Positions 20,727 to 31,255 are shown, counted from the first letter of the stretch. The stretch: 64,000 nucleotides of DNA from an uncultured delta proteobacterium (GCA_963817385.1 CAWFOM010000010.1:224001-288000), one strand, 5' to 3'. Translations and numbers: made by a program. The notes: a model not told the origin generated them from the sequence alone.

Positions 20727-22601
20727 ATGGGTGATCAATTCCCCGGCGGTTACAACGGAAAGATCCTACGCGTGAATCTATCAACCGGAGGCATATCGGC
20801 CGAGACGATTGAGGAGAAATTCTGCCGGGAATATCTTGGCGGTGCCGGATTCGTCACGTACTTCCTCTGGAAGGAACTGACCCCTCATCTAGACCCGTTG
20901 GGACCGCAAAACAAACTGATCTTTGCCCTGGGCCCGCTGACCGGCGTCCAGATATCAGGGAGCGGCCGTAACTGCGTCGGTGCGAAGTCTCCCCTGACCG
21001 GTGGCCTCGCAAAATCCGAGATGGGGGGATTCTGGGGCGCCGAGCTGAAACGGGCAGGGTATGATGCGATCATTATCGAAGGGAAGGCTGAACATCCCTG
21101 CTATCTTTCAGTGAATGACGGCCAGGCCCGCCTGCAGGATGCGCGTCACCTCTGGGGCTTGAAAACAAAAGAAGCGCAGCAGAAGATCCAGGAGGAACTA
21201 TCGGACCAACGAGTGCGTGTAGCCTCGATCGGTCCGGCGGGAGAGAACCTGGTCCTGTATGCCTGCATCATGAGCGGGCTGCACTCTGCAGCGGGAAGGG
21301 GAGGTCTGGGGGCAGTCATGGGATCCAAGAATCTCAAGGCAGTGGCGGTCCGGGGTAGCCATTGGCCCCGGATAGCGAGACCGGAGGGTGTTAAGGCGCT
21401 CAGGCAGTGGTTCCTGGAGAGCATGCCCAACTCCAAACGTGTCTCCGGTTTTCGCGAGTATGGGACCGGCAACACCATGCGTGCGTTTGAGGCTGCGGGT
21501 AATCTGCCGGTCAGGAACTTCCGGGAGGGGCTGTTCCCGGCGGTAACCAAAATAGACGCCCAGGCGATAAAGAGCACCATCAGAATAGGGATGGAATCAT
21601 GCTACGGCTGTGCCGTCCGGTGCAAGAAGATCGTACAGACCCAAGAGCCCTATCATGTGGATCCCGCGTATGGCGGACCGGAGTACGAAACCCTGGCGGC
21701 GTTTGGCTCTAACTGCGGAGTGGATAACCTTGAGGCGATCTCCAAGGCCAATGAAATCTGCGGCGCAAATTCACTGGACACCATCTCGACCGGCAATGTC
21801 ATCGGTTTTGCCATGGAGTGCTTTGAGAACGGCCTGCTCAGCGCTAGGGATACCGGGGGCATCGAGCTTCGATTTGCCAACCATGAAGCCATGCTGAAGG
21901 TCATTGAGCTTATCGCCCGGCGCGAAGGGATCGGCAGCCTGTTGGCGGAGGGCGTCTCCCGCATGGCAAAAAAACTGGGCGGCCGGGCGGAAGCTATTGC
22001 GCTCCACGTCAAAGGACTCGAGCCCGGACTGCACGACCCCCGCTCAAAGCCCGGCTTGGGGATCGGTTATATGGTTAATCCCCATGGTGCCGATCACTGC
22101 TGCAATCTGCAAGACTCCGCCTACGTGACCGCCGAGCAGATAGACGAGGTGAGACCAATGGGGATCCTTGATCCGCCGGGGCTCTACGATATCAGCGCCC
22201 ACAAGGTGGCACTCTTCAAATTGCTTCAATGGAAGCGCCTCTGGTACGATGCACTGGTTCTCTGCATGTTCCTGCCGTATGACTTCCAGCAGACCACTGA
22301 CCTGGTGGCAGCGGTTACCGGGTGGGACACGGGAGTAACGGAGCAGATGAAAGTTGCGGAGCGGATCTTGACCCTCGCCCGGATGTTTAATGTCCGTGAA
22401 GGCTTTACCGTAGCGGATGACACCTTGCCGCTCCGTTTTTATCAGCCAAAGACCAATGGAATCCTTGCGGACAAACCGCTCGATCCGGAAAAGATGGAGC
22501 GGGCCAAGAGGTACTATTATGCCCTGATGGGTTGGGACGTGAAAACCGGAGTCCCTTTACCCGAGAAACTCGAGGAACTGAATATCAGCTCCTCCGTCTG
22601 A
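20727..22601 (+). CDS. Aldehyde:ferredoxin oxidoreductase family protein (W/Mo-bis-pterin)
   Basis: GKILRVNL, KSPLTG, GRGGLGAVMGSKNLKA, CxxCxxxC and GPEYET motifs. Confidence 0.93.
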   Translation: MGDQFPGGYNGKILRVNLSTGGISAETIEEKFCREYLGGAGFVTYFLWKELTPHLDPLGPQNKLIFALGPLTGVQISGSGRNCVGAKSPLTGGLAKSEMGGFWGAELKRAGYDAIIIEGKAEHPCYLSVNDGQARLQDARHLWGLKTKEAQQKIQEELSDQRVRVASIGPAGENLVLYACIMSGLHSAAGRGGLGAVMGSKNLKAVAVRGSHWPRIARPEGVKALRQWFLESMPNSKRVSGFREYGTGNTMRAFEAAGNLPVRNFREGLFPAVTKIDAQAIKSTIRIGMESCYGCAVRCKKIVQTQEPYHVDPAYGGPEYETLAAFGSNCGVDNLEAISKANEICGANSLDTISTGNVIGFAMECFENGLLSARDTGGIELRFANHEAMLKVIELIARREGIGSLLAEGVSRMAKKLGGRAEAIALHVKGLEPGLHDPRSKPGLGIGYMVNPHGADHCCNLQDSAYVTAEQIDEVRPMGILDPPGLYDISAHKVALFKLLQWKRLWYDALVLCMFLPYDFQQTTDLVAAVTGWDTGVTEQMKVAERILTLARMFNVREGFTVADDTLPLRFYQPKTNGILADKPLDPEKMERAKRYYYALMGWDVKTGVPLPEKLEELNISSSV

Positions 22602-22800
22602 CGCTTTGGCGGTTTTACAAATGACCATGATTTCCAGCTCGCCATGACGATATCATCATCATCTTCGTCGGGCGAATACCATTGACACGCCCTGTAGCGT
22701 GTGGTAGGGAACCCACTCATTTTTTACGGAGCGACCGGCAGAAACCCGTTCTGGGTGAAGCCGGTCAATCATACCTAACCTATAAGAGGAGGTACAGTCT

Positions 22801-24594
22801 ATGACGCGAATGAACGGCGGCCAGATCATCGTTGACTATCTGATTCAGGAGAAGGTTCCTTATCTGTTCGGCCTGTGCGGCCACGGGAACATAAGCCTCA
22901 TCGACGCATTTTACGAGCGTGCCGATGAGATCAAAGCGCTGTCGGTCCATCACGAGTCGGTTTCCGGCTTCATGGCGGACGTCTACTACCGGGTATCGGG
23001 TCGGCCGGTGGCCACGTTCACCTCCTGCGGGCCTGGCTCAGCGAACATGCCCATCTGCCTGGCGAACGCCTTTTTAGACTCGGTGCCCTTTCTGGCGGTG
23101 ACGGGAAACATCCCGACGAGCCAGTTCAACCGGGGAGCCTTCCAGGAGGCCTACCGGTTTAATCAGGCGGATTATCCGTCCACGGTGCGGGCCTACTGCA
23201 AGCGGGTATTCCAGCCCACCCGGGCGGACATGGTCCCCTTGGCGGTCAGGCAGGCGTGGAAGACCATGGTGACGGGCCGGCCTGGTCCGGTGGTGCTCGA
23301 TGTTCCCTTCGATATCTTCAAGGAGGAGACGGAACTGGAGATGCCCCAGGCCGCCGAGTGGAACGCGAACATCACGTGCCGCTGCGGGGCCGATCCCGAG
23401 GGGCTCAGCCGGGCGCTGGACATGCTGCTCACGGCTGAGCGGCCGGTGATCCTGGTCGGCCAAGGGGTAAAGTACGGGAAAGCAACCCAGGCGCTGCTCG
23501 CCCTCGCCGAGCGGCTCAAGATCCCTGTCGCCTGCTCCTCAAGCGGGCAGGGGGCCATTAACACAAGGCATCCCCTCGCGCTCGGTCTTGTCGCACGCAA
23601 CGGCGCCTACCAGGCCAACCATGCCACCCGGCAGGCGGACGTGCTTCTGGCTTTGGGGGTGCGCTTCGACGACCGGACGTCAAGCAGCTGGATCCCGGGC
23701 TACTCGTTCACCATCCCGCCCACGAAGCTCATCCATGTGGACATCGACCCGGACGAGATCGCCCGGAACTACCCCGTGGCCCTGGGCCTGATGGCGGATG
23801 TGAATACCTTCCTCAACCAGGTCCTGGCCGAGCTCGACCGGCGGAAGCTCTCGAACGAGGTTCCTCCGAGCCGCGCGGGCTGGCTGCAGGCGATCGACGG
23901 CTACCGTAAGCAGTGGGAGGAGTTCATCCTCCCCGGATTCAAAGCCGATACGACGCCCATCCATCCTCAGCGGGCGGCGCACGAGATCGACAAGGTGCTC
24001 CCCGATGACGCGATCCTGGTAAGCGACATCGGCATCCACCACAATTGGCTGATCCAATTCTGCCATCCTAAACGGCCCGACTCTCTCATCGGCTCGATGG
24101 GATTCGGTCCCATGGGGTTCGGGGTTGCCGGAGTGCTGGGGGCAAAGCTCGCCGCGCCACAGCGGCCCTGCATCTCGGTATGCGGCGATGGGGCGTTCTT
24201 CATGCATGCCAGCGTCCTGGGCACTGCCGCCGAGTACAACATCCCCGTCGTCTGGGTGGTGTGGAACAACTACGCATACGCCTCTATCAGGGGTCTGCAA
24301 CGGGGCTACCTCGGAGGACGGGAGCTGGTCACCGATTTCCGCCATCCCGAAACCGGCGCGCCCTACAATCCTGATTTTGCGGCCATGGCCCGTTCGGCGG
24401 GCATCGAGGGGGTGCGCGTGGAGAAGGCAACCGAATTGGGCGAGGCGATCGAACAGGGAATTAAACTGAACAAGCCCTACCTCATCGACGCAAACATCGG
24501 GGCCGATATGAACCCCGGGGGTGCGGGAGTATGGGAGCTTCCCGGCCTCGGCCACAAGCAGCCTGCGATCGGCGGCCGGTGTGAGCTGTATTGA
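22801..24594 (+). CDS. ThDP-dependent enzyme (acetolactate-synthase-like superfamily)
   Basis: FGLCGHGN, HHE, TSCGPG and GDGAF..WNN motifs. Confidence 0.9.
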   Translation: MTRMNGGQIIVDYLIQEKVPYLFGLCGHGNISLIDAFYERADEIKALSVHHESVSGFMADVYYRVSGRPVATFTSCGPGSANMPICLANAFLDSVPFLAVTGNIPTSQFNRGAFQEAYRFNQADYPSTVRAYCKRVFQPTRADMVPLAVRQAWKTMVTGRPGPVVLDVPFDIFKEETELEMPQAAEWNANITCRCGADPEGLSRALDMLLTAERPVILVGQGVKYGKATQALLALAERLKIPVACSSSGQGAINTRHPLALGLVARNGAYQANHATRQADVLLALGVRFDDRTSSSWIPGYSFTIPPTKLIHVDIDPDEIARNYPVALGLMADVNTFLNQVLAELDRRKLSNEVPPSRAGWLQAIDGYRKQWEEFILPGFKADTTPIHPQRAAHEIDKVLPDDAILVSDIGIHHNWLIQFCHPKRPDSLIGSMGFGPMGFGVAGVLGAKLAAPQRPCISVCGDGAFFMHASVLGTAAEYNIPVVWVVWNNYAYASIRGLQRGYLGGRELVTDFRHPETGAPYNPDFAAMARSAGIEGVRVEKATELGEAIEQGIKLNKPYLIDANIGADMNPGGAGVWELPGLGHKQPAIGGRCELY

Positions 24595-24852
24595 GTAATG
24601 TCTGAAAGAGTGGCCCCTTGCCCGGCGTACGCCGGATATTTCCGCGCCGCGGCCAGGCTCCCGGGCATCCTTGGCCGGGCACAACGTAGGACGGCATGCT
24701 TGACATTACGGACGATTTGTTGATATGAGCTAGTGAAAATGGTTGCATGAGCGTAATCGTGATAAGAAAAAGTCATCCGGGTATCCGGTGGTTTGGGAGA
24801 GGGAAGAACTTGAAACCTTCCCCTCATTAATTCACTGACAGGAGGAGTTCTC

Positions 24853-25857
24853 ATGAAAGCAGAAAAGTGCAAGAAGCGTTTCGGTGTCCTTTTTGCGACG
24901 GCGGTATGCGTCGCGGTGCTGCTGATGGCAGGAACGGTTTCAGCGGCGGCTTGGCCGGAAAAGGGCAAGGTTCTGACGATTTTAGCCGCTTCCGGCGCCG
25001 GTGGTGGAACCGACATGGCAGCCCGGGCGATTGCCCAGATTTTGGAAAAGGAACTGGGCATAAAGGTGGTCGTCATCAACAAGGGGGGTGGTGGCTCACA
25101 GATCGGCGTTACCGAGTATCTGTCGAAGGCCGGGACGGACGGTTACATGCTTTTGGCCGCAAACACGCCCGTCACCATTTCTCCATACATGGATCCAGAT
25201 CGCAAGGCTACGTATCACCTTGGGAAAGACATACAACTGGCCGGGGCCTACGGCTTCTCGCCCTGTGCGGTTGCCGTGAAGAAGGGCGGCAAATACAAGA
25301 GCCTCAAGGATCTGGTGGCGGCCGCAAAGGCCAACCCCGGCAAGATCAAGGGGACTGCATCCGGCCCCCTGGTCCAGAATGACCTGGCGATGGTTTTACT
25401 GAATAAAGTGGCCGGTGTCGATATAGCGCGGATGTACTTCGACGAGCAGGGTCAACAGCGCGCTGCGCTTCTTGGCGACCATGTAGATGCCGAGTTCAAC
25501 AACGACTTTGAACTCATCGCCGGCCAGAAGAGCGGAGAGATTGAGACCCTGGCTATCTGGGACAAAGAACCGGCCAAGTCGCTGCCCGGCGTACCGACAG
25601 GGGAATCGCTGGGATTCCCGGTTTATATGGCAGCCGCTTATGGTTTGGGGTACAAGACAGGCACCCCCCAGGCGATCGTTGATACAGTGGAAGCCGCAAT
25701 GCTACGGGGCTTGAAGAAACCGGAGGCGGCGGCGGTGTTCGCGAAGATCGGCCTGAACGTTAAAGCAATGACCGGGAAGGAGTATCGCGTCTACTGGAAA
25801 GGGATTGAGGACGTTGTGGGGGAAGTTATCAAAGATATGAAGGCGAAAAAGAAGTAA
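24853..25857 (+). CDS. tctC: Tripartite tricarboxylate transporter substrate-binding protein (TctC/Bug)
   Basis: Signal peptide, AGGGTD..AR and AAKANPGK motifs. Confidence 0.88.
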   Translation: MKAEKCKKRFGVLFATAVCVAVLLMAGTVSAAAWPEKGKVLTILAASGAGGGTDMAARAIAQILEKELGIKVVVINKGGGGSQIGVTEYLSKAGTDGYMLLAANTPVTISPYMDPDRKATYHLGKDIQLAGAYGFSPCAVAVKKGGKYKSLKDLVAAAKANPGKIKGTASGPLVQNDLAMVLLNKVAGVDIARMYFDEQGQQRAALLGDHVDAEFNNDFELIAGQKSGEIETLAIWDKEPAKSLPGVPTGESLGFPVYMAAAYGLGYKTGTPQAIVDTVEAAMLRGLKKPEAAAVFAKIGLNVKAMTGKEYRVYWKGIEDVVGEVIKDMKAKKK

Positions 25858-25894
25858 GCCCCTTTCTGGAATAAAGAGAAACGAGATCAACGAT

Positions 25895-25926
25895 AACGGG
25901 CCTCTCTCGATAGGGAGGCCCGTTTC
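25895..25926 (+). terminator. Stem-loop after tctC
   Basis: AACGGGCCTCTC / GGGAGGCCCGTT inverted repeat with short T tail. Confidence 0.5.
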
Positions 25927-26043
25927 GCCGAAATAGTGCCGGTACATGGTCACACGACAATAGAGATGATGAAAAGCCATTTGCGTACATGGGTTGGGTG
26001 GCATGCCTTATATGATAAATAAGCGAACGGGAAGAAGAGTGAC

Positions 26044-26847
26044 ATGACCACCTCAAAAGAGTTGGGCAGAAAGGCAGCGGATCTTCGGGCGGTGATCGAC
26101 CAGTATCTGCCTCCGCCGAGCGCCCGAGTGCCCATAGCCGGTCTTTACCCCGATGCGGACCATATTGCCACCGAGCTGATGTGGGGGGGGATCTGGAACG
26201 AGCCGGATCTGGACCACCGGCTCCGCAGCATCGCCACCATCACCGCCCAGGCGGTAAACGGCTTTGACTTCGGGCTTCACCACCAGTGCCGGGTGGGGCT
26301 GACCCTGGGGATTCCACCCCAGACGATCAAGGCAATGCTTCTTGAACTTCGGTTCTGGATTGGTCTTCCGAATACGGTATTTGCATTTCTCAAACTCCAG
26401 GAAGTGATCAACGAGCGGAAGGAGTGGCGGGAGATGGACGTGCCGGTGGATGTGCCGTGGCTTCCGACGGTGGAGGAGAAGGTGAAGCGGGGCCGCGAAT
26501 TGATCCGCAAGGAGTGGGGGAAGAAGGCGGACGAGGAGTTGGCCGCCACGGTCACGCATGAGTTTGTTCCCGGCACGGCGGCCATGGTGGATGGATATCA
26601 CTACGGAGAGGTCTGGTCGCGCTCGCCCCTGACCGCCAAGGAGCGGATGGTGAGCATCCTGGCGGCACTCATGTGCCGCGGCCATATGAAGCAGCTCCGG
26701 CGTCAGATCGGCTACGCGCTGGATGCCGGGTTGACCAGGCGGGAGATCTGCGAGACATTCGCGCAGTCTGGCTGGTACCGGGGTTGGCCGTATGTGGAAG
26801 ATGCGCTGGAGGAGGCCAAGGAGGTCTTTACCCTGCGAGGTATTTAA
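26044..26847 (+). CDS. Carboxymuconolactone decarboxylase (CMD/AhpD-like) family, two repeats
   Basis: YGEVWSRSPLTAKER, GLTRREI and YRGWP motifs; no CxxC. Confidence 0.82.
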   Translation: MTTSKELGRKAADLRAVIDQYLPPPSARVPIAGLYPDADHIATELMWGGIWNEPDLDHRLRSIATITAQAVNGFDFGLHHQCRVGLTLGIPPQTIKAMLLELRFWIGLPNTVFAFLKLQEVINERKEWREMDVPVDVPWLPTVEEKVKRGRELIRKEWGKKADEELAATVTHEFVPGTAAMVDGYHYGEVWSRSPLTAKERMVSILAALMCRGHMKQLRRQIGYALDAGLTRREICETFAQSGWYRGWPYVEDALEEAKEVFTLRGI

Positions 26848-26953
26848 CCAAAACATCAACTGCCAGCCGGTTACGTTCGCCGTTTACGGCGATCGACCGA
26901 TGGTGATGATATATCGGTTTTGAGCAATATTAAAAGGCCAGGAGGTTATCTCA

Positions 26954-27457
26954 ATGTCGATGAAACGAATTAGCCTGCTTTTCGGCTGTGTCCTGCTGAC
27001 GTTTTTCGCGTTCATGGCATATACTGCGTACACTACCCTCACATACTGGGCGGTAGGGTCGTTCACGGGTCCGGGTGCGGGCTTTTTCCCCTTCTGGATC
27101 AACCTGATTCTTGTGGGGTTGACTCTCTATTGGCTGATCCAGGTTGCAATCAGGCCGGGGGAGAAGATGCCCAAAGACTTAATCCCCACCCGCCAGATGG
27201 GAATTCTGGTCCTGATGGTCTTTTTGGACATGGTGCTGTTCGCAGCGATCCTGGATTACACCGGATTCCCCATTGCGATGTTCTTATTTTTGCTGATTAT
27301 GGTGGCTATCCTGGGAGAGCGCTCCCTGCGCAGTATGATTTACTATGTCATATATTCAGTAGCGGTTACCGCGTTTTTTGTCTTTGTGTTCGGCCGGTGG
27401 CTGGAGGTCGCTTTTCCACAAACGCAGATCGGGATTCTCAAGGCCCTGGGGCTTTAG
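26954..27457 (+). CDS. tctB: TTT small permease TctB
   Basis: GPGAGFFP motif, about 4 TM segments. Confidence 0.85.
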   Translation: MSMKRISLLFGCVLLTFFAFMAYTAYTTLTYWAVGSFTGPGAGFFPFWINLILVGLTLYWLIQVAIRPGEKMPKDLIPTRQMGILVLMVFLDMVLFAAILDYTGFPIAMFLFLLIMVAILGERSLRSMIYYVIYSVAVTAFFVFVFGRWLEVAFPQTQIGILKALGL

Positions 27458-27472
27458 GAGCGGAGGTAGAAG

Positions 27473-28963
27473 ATGCAAGAAATCTTGAATGGTTTTTCCG
27501 TCGCATTGAGCTTGAACAACCTGACCTACTGTTTCCTCGGAAGCCTCTGGGGAACCATGGTGGGGATACTGCCCGGAATCGGCCCTCTGGCGGGCACCGC
27601 GATTTTAATCCCGCTGACCTTCAAGCTGGATCCCACCGGCGCCATCATCATGCTGGCGGCCATCTACTACGGCTCCCAGTACGGCGGCACGATCACGACC
27701 ATCCTGATGGGTGTTCCGGGCGAAGCCTCTTCGGCCATCACGATGATCGACGGGTATCAGATGGCGAAGATGGGGCGCGGCGGCGTGGCGTTGACCGGGG
27801 CCGCCATCGGTTCCTTCATCGGCGGGACTTTTGCCACGATCTGCCTGATGCTCTTCGCCAAACCGGCGGTCAGTCTGGCGCTGAAGCTGGGTCCGCCGGA
27901 GTACTTCGCCCTGATGATCGTCGGGCTGTCCATGGCGACCGGGCTCGCGGGTAAATCGATGATCAAGGCCCTCATCATGACCGTCTTCGGCGCGTCTCTC
28001 GCGCTCATCGGGCTGGATCCGGTGGTCGGGACGCCGCGTCTGACGTTCGACAGCGTGTATATGTTGGAAGGAATAGACCTTTTGCCGCTCGTCATGGGCC
28101 TCTTCGGCATGTCCGAGGTTCTCTTGTCTCTGGAGGAGAAGGCCAGGCCGATGATCAAGACCAAAATGCGGGACCTCATCCCCACACGTCAGGACATCAG
28201 GGATTCCGTCAAACCGGTTATACGCGGCACGCTGATCGGCACGGCCCTGGGGATCATCCCGGGCCTGATTCCACCCGTCTCGTCGTTTCTCTCCTATACT
28301 GTAGAAAGAAGGGGTTCCAAGAACCCCGAGAAGTTCGGTCATGGCGCGCTCGAAGGGGTTGTGGGTCCCGAGACCGCCAACAACGCCCACGCCAGTGCGG
28401 CGATGATACCGCTGTTGACGCTGGGCCTTCCGACCAATCCGGTCATGGCCGTCATCCTGGCCGCCTTCGTCATCAACGGGCTTGCCCCAGGGCCGCTTCT
28501 CTTCCAGCAAAACCCCGACATGGTCTGGGGGATCATCGCCAGCTGCTACATCGGAAACTTCATGCTCGTGATCCTGAACCTTCCCCTGATCCCGATCTGG
28601 GTTCAGCTGCTCAGAATCCCTTACGCCTACCTGATGACGGCAATCCTGGCCTTCATGATGGTGGGCTCTTATAGCGACAATAACAGCATCTTCCTCATCT
28701 GGCAGACGATCTTCTTCGGAGCGCTGGGATACATCTTCAAAAAGATGGACTTCCCGCTTGCGCCGGTGGCGCTTTCCTTCATCCTGGCGCCAATGATTGA
28801 AAAATCGCTGTACCGGTCGCTGGTGATGTCTCAGGGTGACTTTAGTATCCTCTATACCCGCCCGATCTCGGGATCCTTCCTGGCGCTTGCAGTGATCACC
28901 CTGATCTATTTCTCGACGCAGAAGAAGGTTCAGGTGGTCAGGTCGACGGGGGTCGATGCGTAG
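27473..28963 (+). CDS. tctA: TTT large permease TctA
   Basis: GILPGIG, YYGSQYGG, DGYQMA, PETANNA and PGPLLF motifs. Confidence 0.95.
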   Translation: MQEILNGFSVALSLNNLTYCFLGSLWGTMVGILPGIGPLAGTAILIPLTFKLDPTGAIIMLAAIYYGSQYGGTITTILMGVPGEASSAITMIDGYQMAKMGRGGVALTGAAIGSFIGGTFATICLMLFAKPAVSLALKLGPPEYFALMIVGLSMATGLAGKSMIKALIMTVFGASLALIGLDPVVGTPRLTFDSVYMLEGIDLLPLVMGLFGMSEVLLSLEEKARPMIKTKMRDLIPTRQDIRDSVKPVIRGTLIGTALGIIPGLIPPVSSFLSYTVERRGSKNPEKFGHGALEGVVGPETANNAHASAAMIPLLTLGLPTNPVMAVILAAFVINGLAPGPLLFQQNPDMVWGIIASCYIGNFMLVILNLPLIPIWVQLLRIPYAYLMTAILAFMMVGSYSDNNSIFLIWQTIFFGALGYIFKKMDFPLAPVALSFILAPMIEKSLYRSLVMSQGDFSILYTRPISGSFLALAVITLIYFSTQKKVQVVRSTGVDA

Positions 28964-29019
28964 TACGGTTAGTGAGAAGTGAATATTCTCTGCCATATTC
29001 AAGAAGGAAGATAGGGAAA

Positions 29020-29180
29020 ATGGCAAAACCAACAGGGCAATACCAGGTTGAAGTGACATGGCTGTGGCGTGCGGCGTTCAGACTGACAACGCCGGAGGGC
29101 AAGATCGTATTCAGCGATCCCTGGCTGAAGGAAGCGGGATCGAAGTTCTCGTCATGAAACCCGGAGAGACAATTCTGCTC
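29020..29180 (+). pseudogene. Metal-dependent hydrolase (beta-lactamase fold) collapsed by internal deletion
   Basis: N-terminus VTWLWRAAFRLTTPEGKIVFSDPWL joined near 29133 to the typical C-terminus IEVLVMKPGETI in another frame. Confidence 0.65.
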
Positions 29181-29211
29181 TGGACATACTATTCTGAATG
29201 GAGAACAGCGG

Positions 29212-29406
29212 ATGAAACAAACAGAAGAACGGAGAACAGCGGAACTCATCCATAAGATTCCCGGGATCAGATTGAACGCAATAGAGAGAGAAGGGCTTCA
29301 GGCTGCGGTGAAGGTTTTGAACGAACAAAATGAACAGCTCGGTCTTCTTGACCCTCTGGACGCTGAGCCGGCAACCCTCTTCTTTGCCGAGGAGGGGAAA
29401 CGATGA
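29212..29406 (+). CDS. Small protein overlapping the amidase start (AtzG/GatC-like)
   Basis: 64 aa ending ..LDAEPATLF; ATGA overlap with the amidase. Confidence 0.6.
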   Translation: MKQTEERRTAELIHKIPGIRLNAIEREGLQAAVKVLNEQNEQLGLLDPLDAEPATLFFAEEGKR

Positions 29407-30818
29407 TTCCGTTTGAACCTACCCGCTGGACGATCTCAACCGTGGCAAAGGCCATCGCGAACAAAGAGCTATCTCCGGTGGAGGTTGTCCGGGCCTGCCT
29501 GGAGCGGATAGAAGCTTACGATAAACGGATCAACGCCTTCATCACCGTTTTGCCCGAGCAGGCATTGAAAAGCGCGCGCCGGGCGGAGAAAGAGATCCTT
29601 CGCGGACGCTATATCGGCCCTCTGCATGGAATCCCCTTTGCTGCCAAAGATCTCTTTTTCGTGAAGGGCATTCGCAATACCTGCGGCTCCAAGATCCTCA
29701 CTGATTTTGTCCCGAAATATGACGCCGCCGTCATCGAGAGGCTTTCCGCTGCAGGAGCCATCCTCCTGGGCAAGCTGAACATGCACGAATTCGCAAATGG
29801 GCCGACTTCCGTCAACCCCCACTACGGCCCGGTTCATAACCCCTGGGATCCCCGGAGAATCAGCGGCGGGTCCAGCGGTGGTTCGGCCGCCGCTTTGGCC
29901 GCCTCTTTTGCGCTGCTTACGGTCGGTTCAGATACCGGGGGGTCCATTCGAATACCTTCCGCTCTGTGCGGCTGTACCGGCCTCAAGCCGACCTATGGAC
30001 GTATCAGCCGGTACGGGGCATATCCCCTCGCCTGGTCTCTGGATCATCCCGGACCGATGGCTAAAACCGCTGCGGACCTCGCCCTGACCATGAATGTCTT
30101 GGCTGGTCATGATCATCGAGATCCCGTAACGTCACTGGCGCCCGTTCCCGATTACGTTCGTGCCCTCAGGGGCGGCCTTGGCCGAATCCGCGTGGGCGTG
30201 CCCATGGGTTTTTACTTCGACCATTTAGCCCCGGAGGTCCGGGCAAACGTCAAGAGGGCCATCGATGATCTTGAACAACTGGGGGCGAACGTGCAGAGCA
30301 TTTTCATCCCCCGCCTGAAGGAAGCCGCCATAGCGACTTCGGTCATCATTTTTGCCGAGATGACGGCCGCTTTGGAGAAGTGGCACATTACCCGCTCCGC
30401 TGACCTGGGAGACGATGTCCGCGCCCGGTTGAATCAGGGAGCGGCGATCCCGGCCGCCCTGTATCTCAAGGCACAACGATTCCGGAGAATGATTCAGGAG
30501 GATTTTGCGGCTGCTTTCCGGAAGGTCGATGTCATAGTAACTCCCCAGCTTCCCGTCACCGCCCCCCTCATCGGTGAGAGAACCGTATCCTTCGGAAAAA
30601 TGACGGAGCCGGTCCCCTCGGCGTTAACGCGTCTCACTCGAATCTATAACCTGATCGGCATCCCCTGCCTCTCTGTTTGCTGCGGCTTCTCATCTTCGGG
30701 AATGCCGATTGGGCTGCAGATTGCGTCAAAACCTTTTTCCGAGGATATGGTCCTGAAGGTGGCCCATGTGTATGAAGTCCATACACCCTGGAAAAATAGA
30801 CGTCCTTCTCTCGAATAG
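29403..30818 (+). CDS. Amidase signature family enzyme (GatA/AtzE-like)
   Basis: AKDLF, GKLNMHEFA, GGSSGGS and GSDTGGSIRIP (Ser-cisSer-Lys triad). Confidence 0.93.
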   Translation: MIPFEPTRWTISTVAKAIANKELSPVEVVRACLERIEAYDKRINAFITVLPEQALKSARRAEKEILRGRYIGPLHGIPFAAKDLFFVKGIRNTCGSKILTDFVPKYDAAVIERLSAAGAILLGKLNMHEFANGPTSVNPHYGPVHNPWDPRRISGGSSGGSAAALAASFALLTVGSDTGGSIRIPSALCGCTGLKPTYGRISRYGAYPLAWSLDHPGPMAKTAADLALTMNVLAGHDHRDPVTSLAPVPDYVRALRGGLGRIRVGVPMGFYFDHLAPEVRANVKRAIDDLEQLGANVQSIFIPRLKEAAIATSVIIFAEMTAALEKWHITRSADLGDDVRARLNQGAAIPAALYLKAQRFRRMIQEDFAAAFRKVDVIVTPQLPVTAPLIGERTVSFGKMTEPVPSALTRLTRIYNLIGIPCLSVCCGFSSSGMPIGLQIASKPFSEDMVLKVAHVYEVHTPWKNRRPSLE

Positions 30819-30870
30819 AAAGAAAGGCAGTAATGAATGATAGGCGGGGCCAAACCTCGCCCACGGCATC

Positions 30871-31224
30871 TTAGCGCATAATCTTCTTCAGGAAGTGCTT
30901 GCGATTGCGCGTGTACGGCCGCACCTCGGCCGTCCATCGTCCCTGATCGACCGCCTTGGCCCACGCCTCGCTCACCAGAACATCGGCGTTTTCCATCTCG
31001 AAAATCGCGGTGTACTTGGGTTCGCCTTCGGCAACGATAACATTCCGTTTGCCACCGATAACCACGGCCAAAGGTTCAGTTGTGGTGCGTGTCGCCGATA
31101 GCACGCCCGGCACTTGCAGGAGCAGGGGGACGTGCTCGACATCATAGACTTCGTTGAATATCGCTTCCTTGTCGGGGTCGACGTCCATACTGGCTATGAA
31201 CAGGTACTTGGCTTTTGGATGCAT
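30871..31224 (-). CDS. Dimeric alpha-beta barrel (EthD/DUF4286-like) hypothetical protein
   Basis: FNEVYDVEHVPLLLQVPGV motif; AAGGAG RBS. Confidence 0.65.
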   Translation of the reverse strand: MHPKAKYLFIASMDVDPDKEAIFNEVYDVEHVPLLLQVPGVLSATRTTTEPLAVVIGGKRNVIVAEGEPKYTAIFEMENADVLVSEAWAKAVDQGRWTAEVRPYTRNRKHFLKKIMR

Positions 31225-31255
31225 CAATTCTCACTCCTTGTGTTTTTTTAATGAG

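Noticed and set aside
22801..24594. Sulfoacetaldehyde acetyltransferase (Xsc) partnering the SauS-like ALDH
   Set aside because: The N-terminal motifs (GLCGHGN, TSCGPG) differ from those recalled for Xsc (GIIGSA, AQNGPG).
29403..30818. Housekeeping gatA
   Set aside because: No gatB follows, the context is catabolic, and it has MHEFA rather than the MDEFAMGS of GatA.
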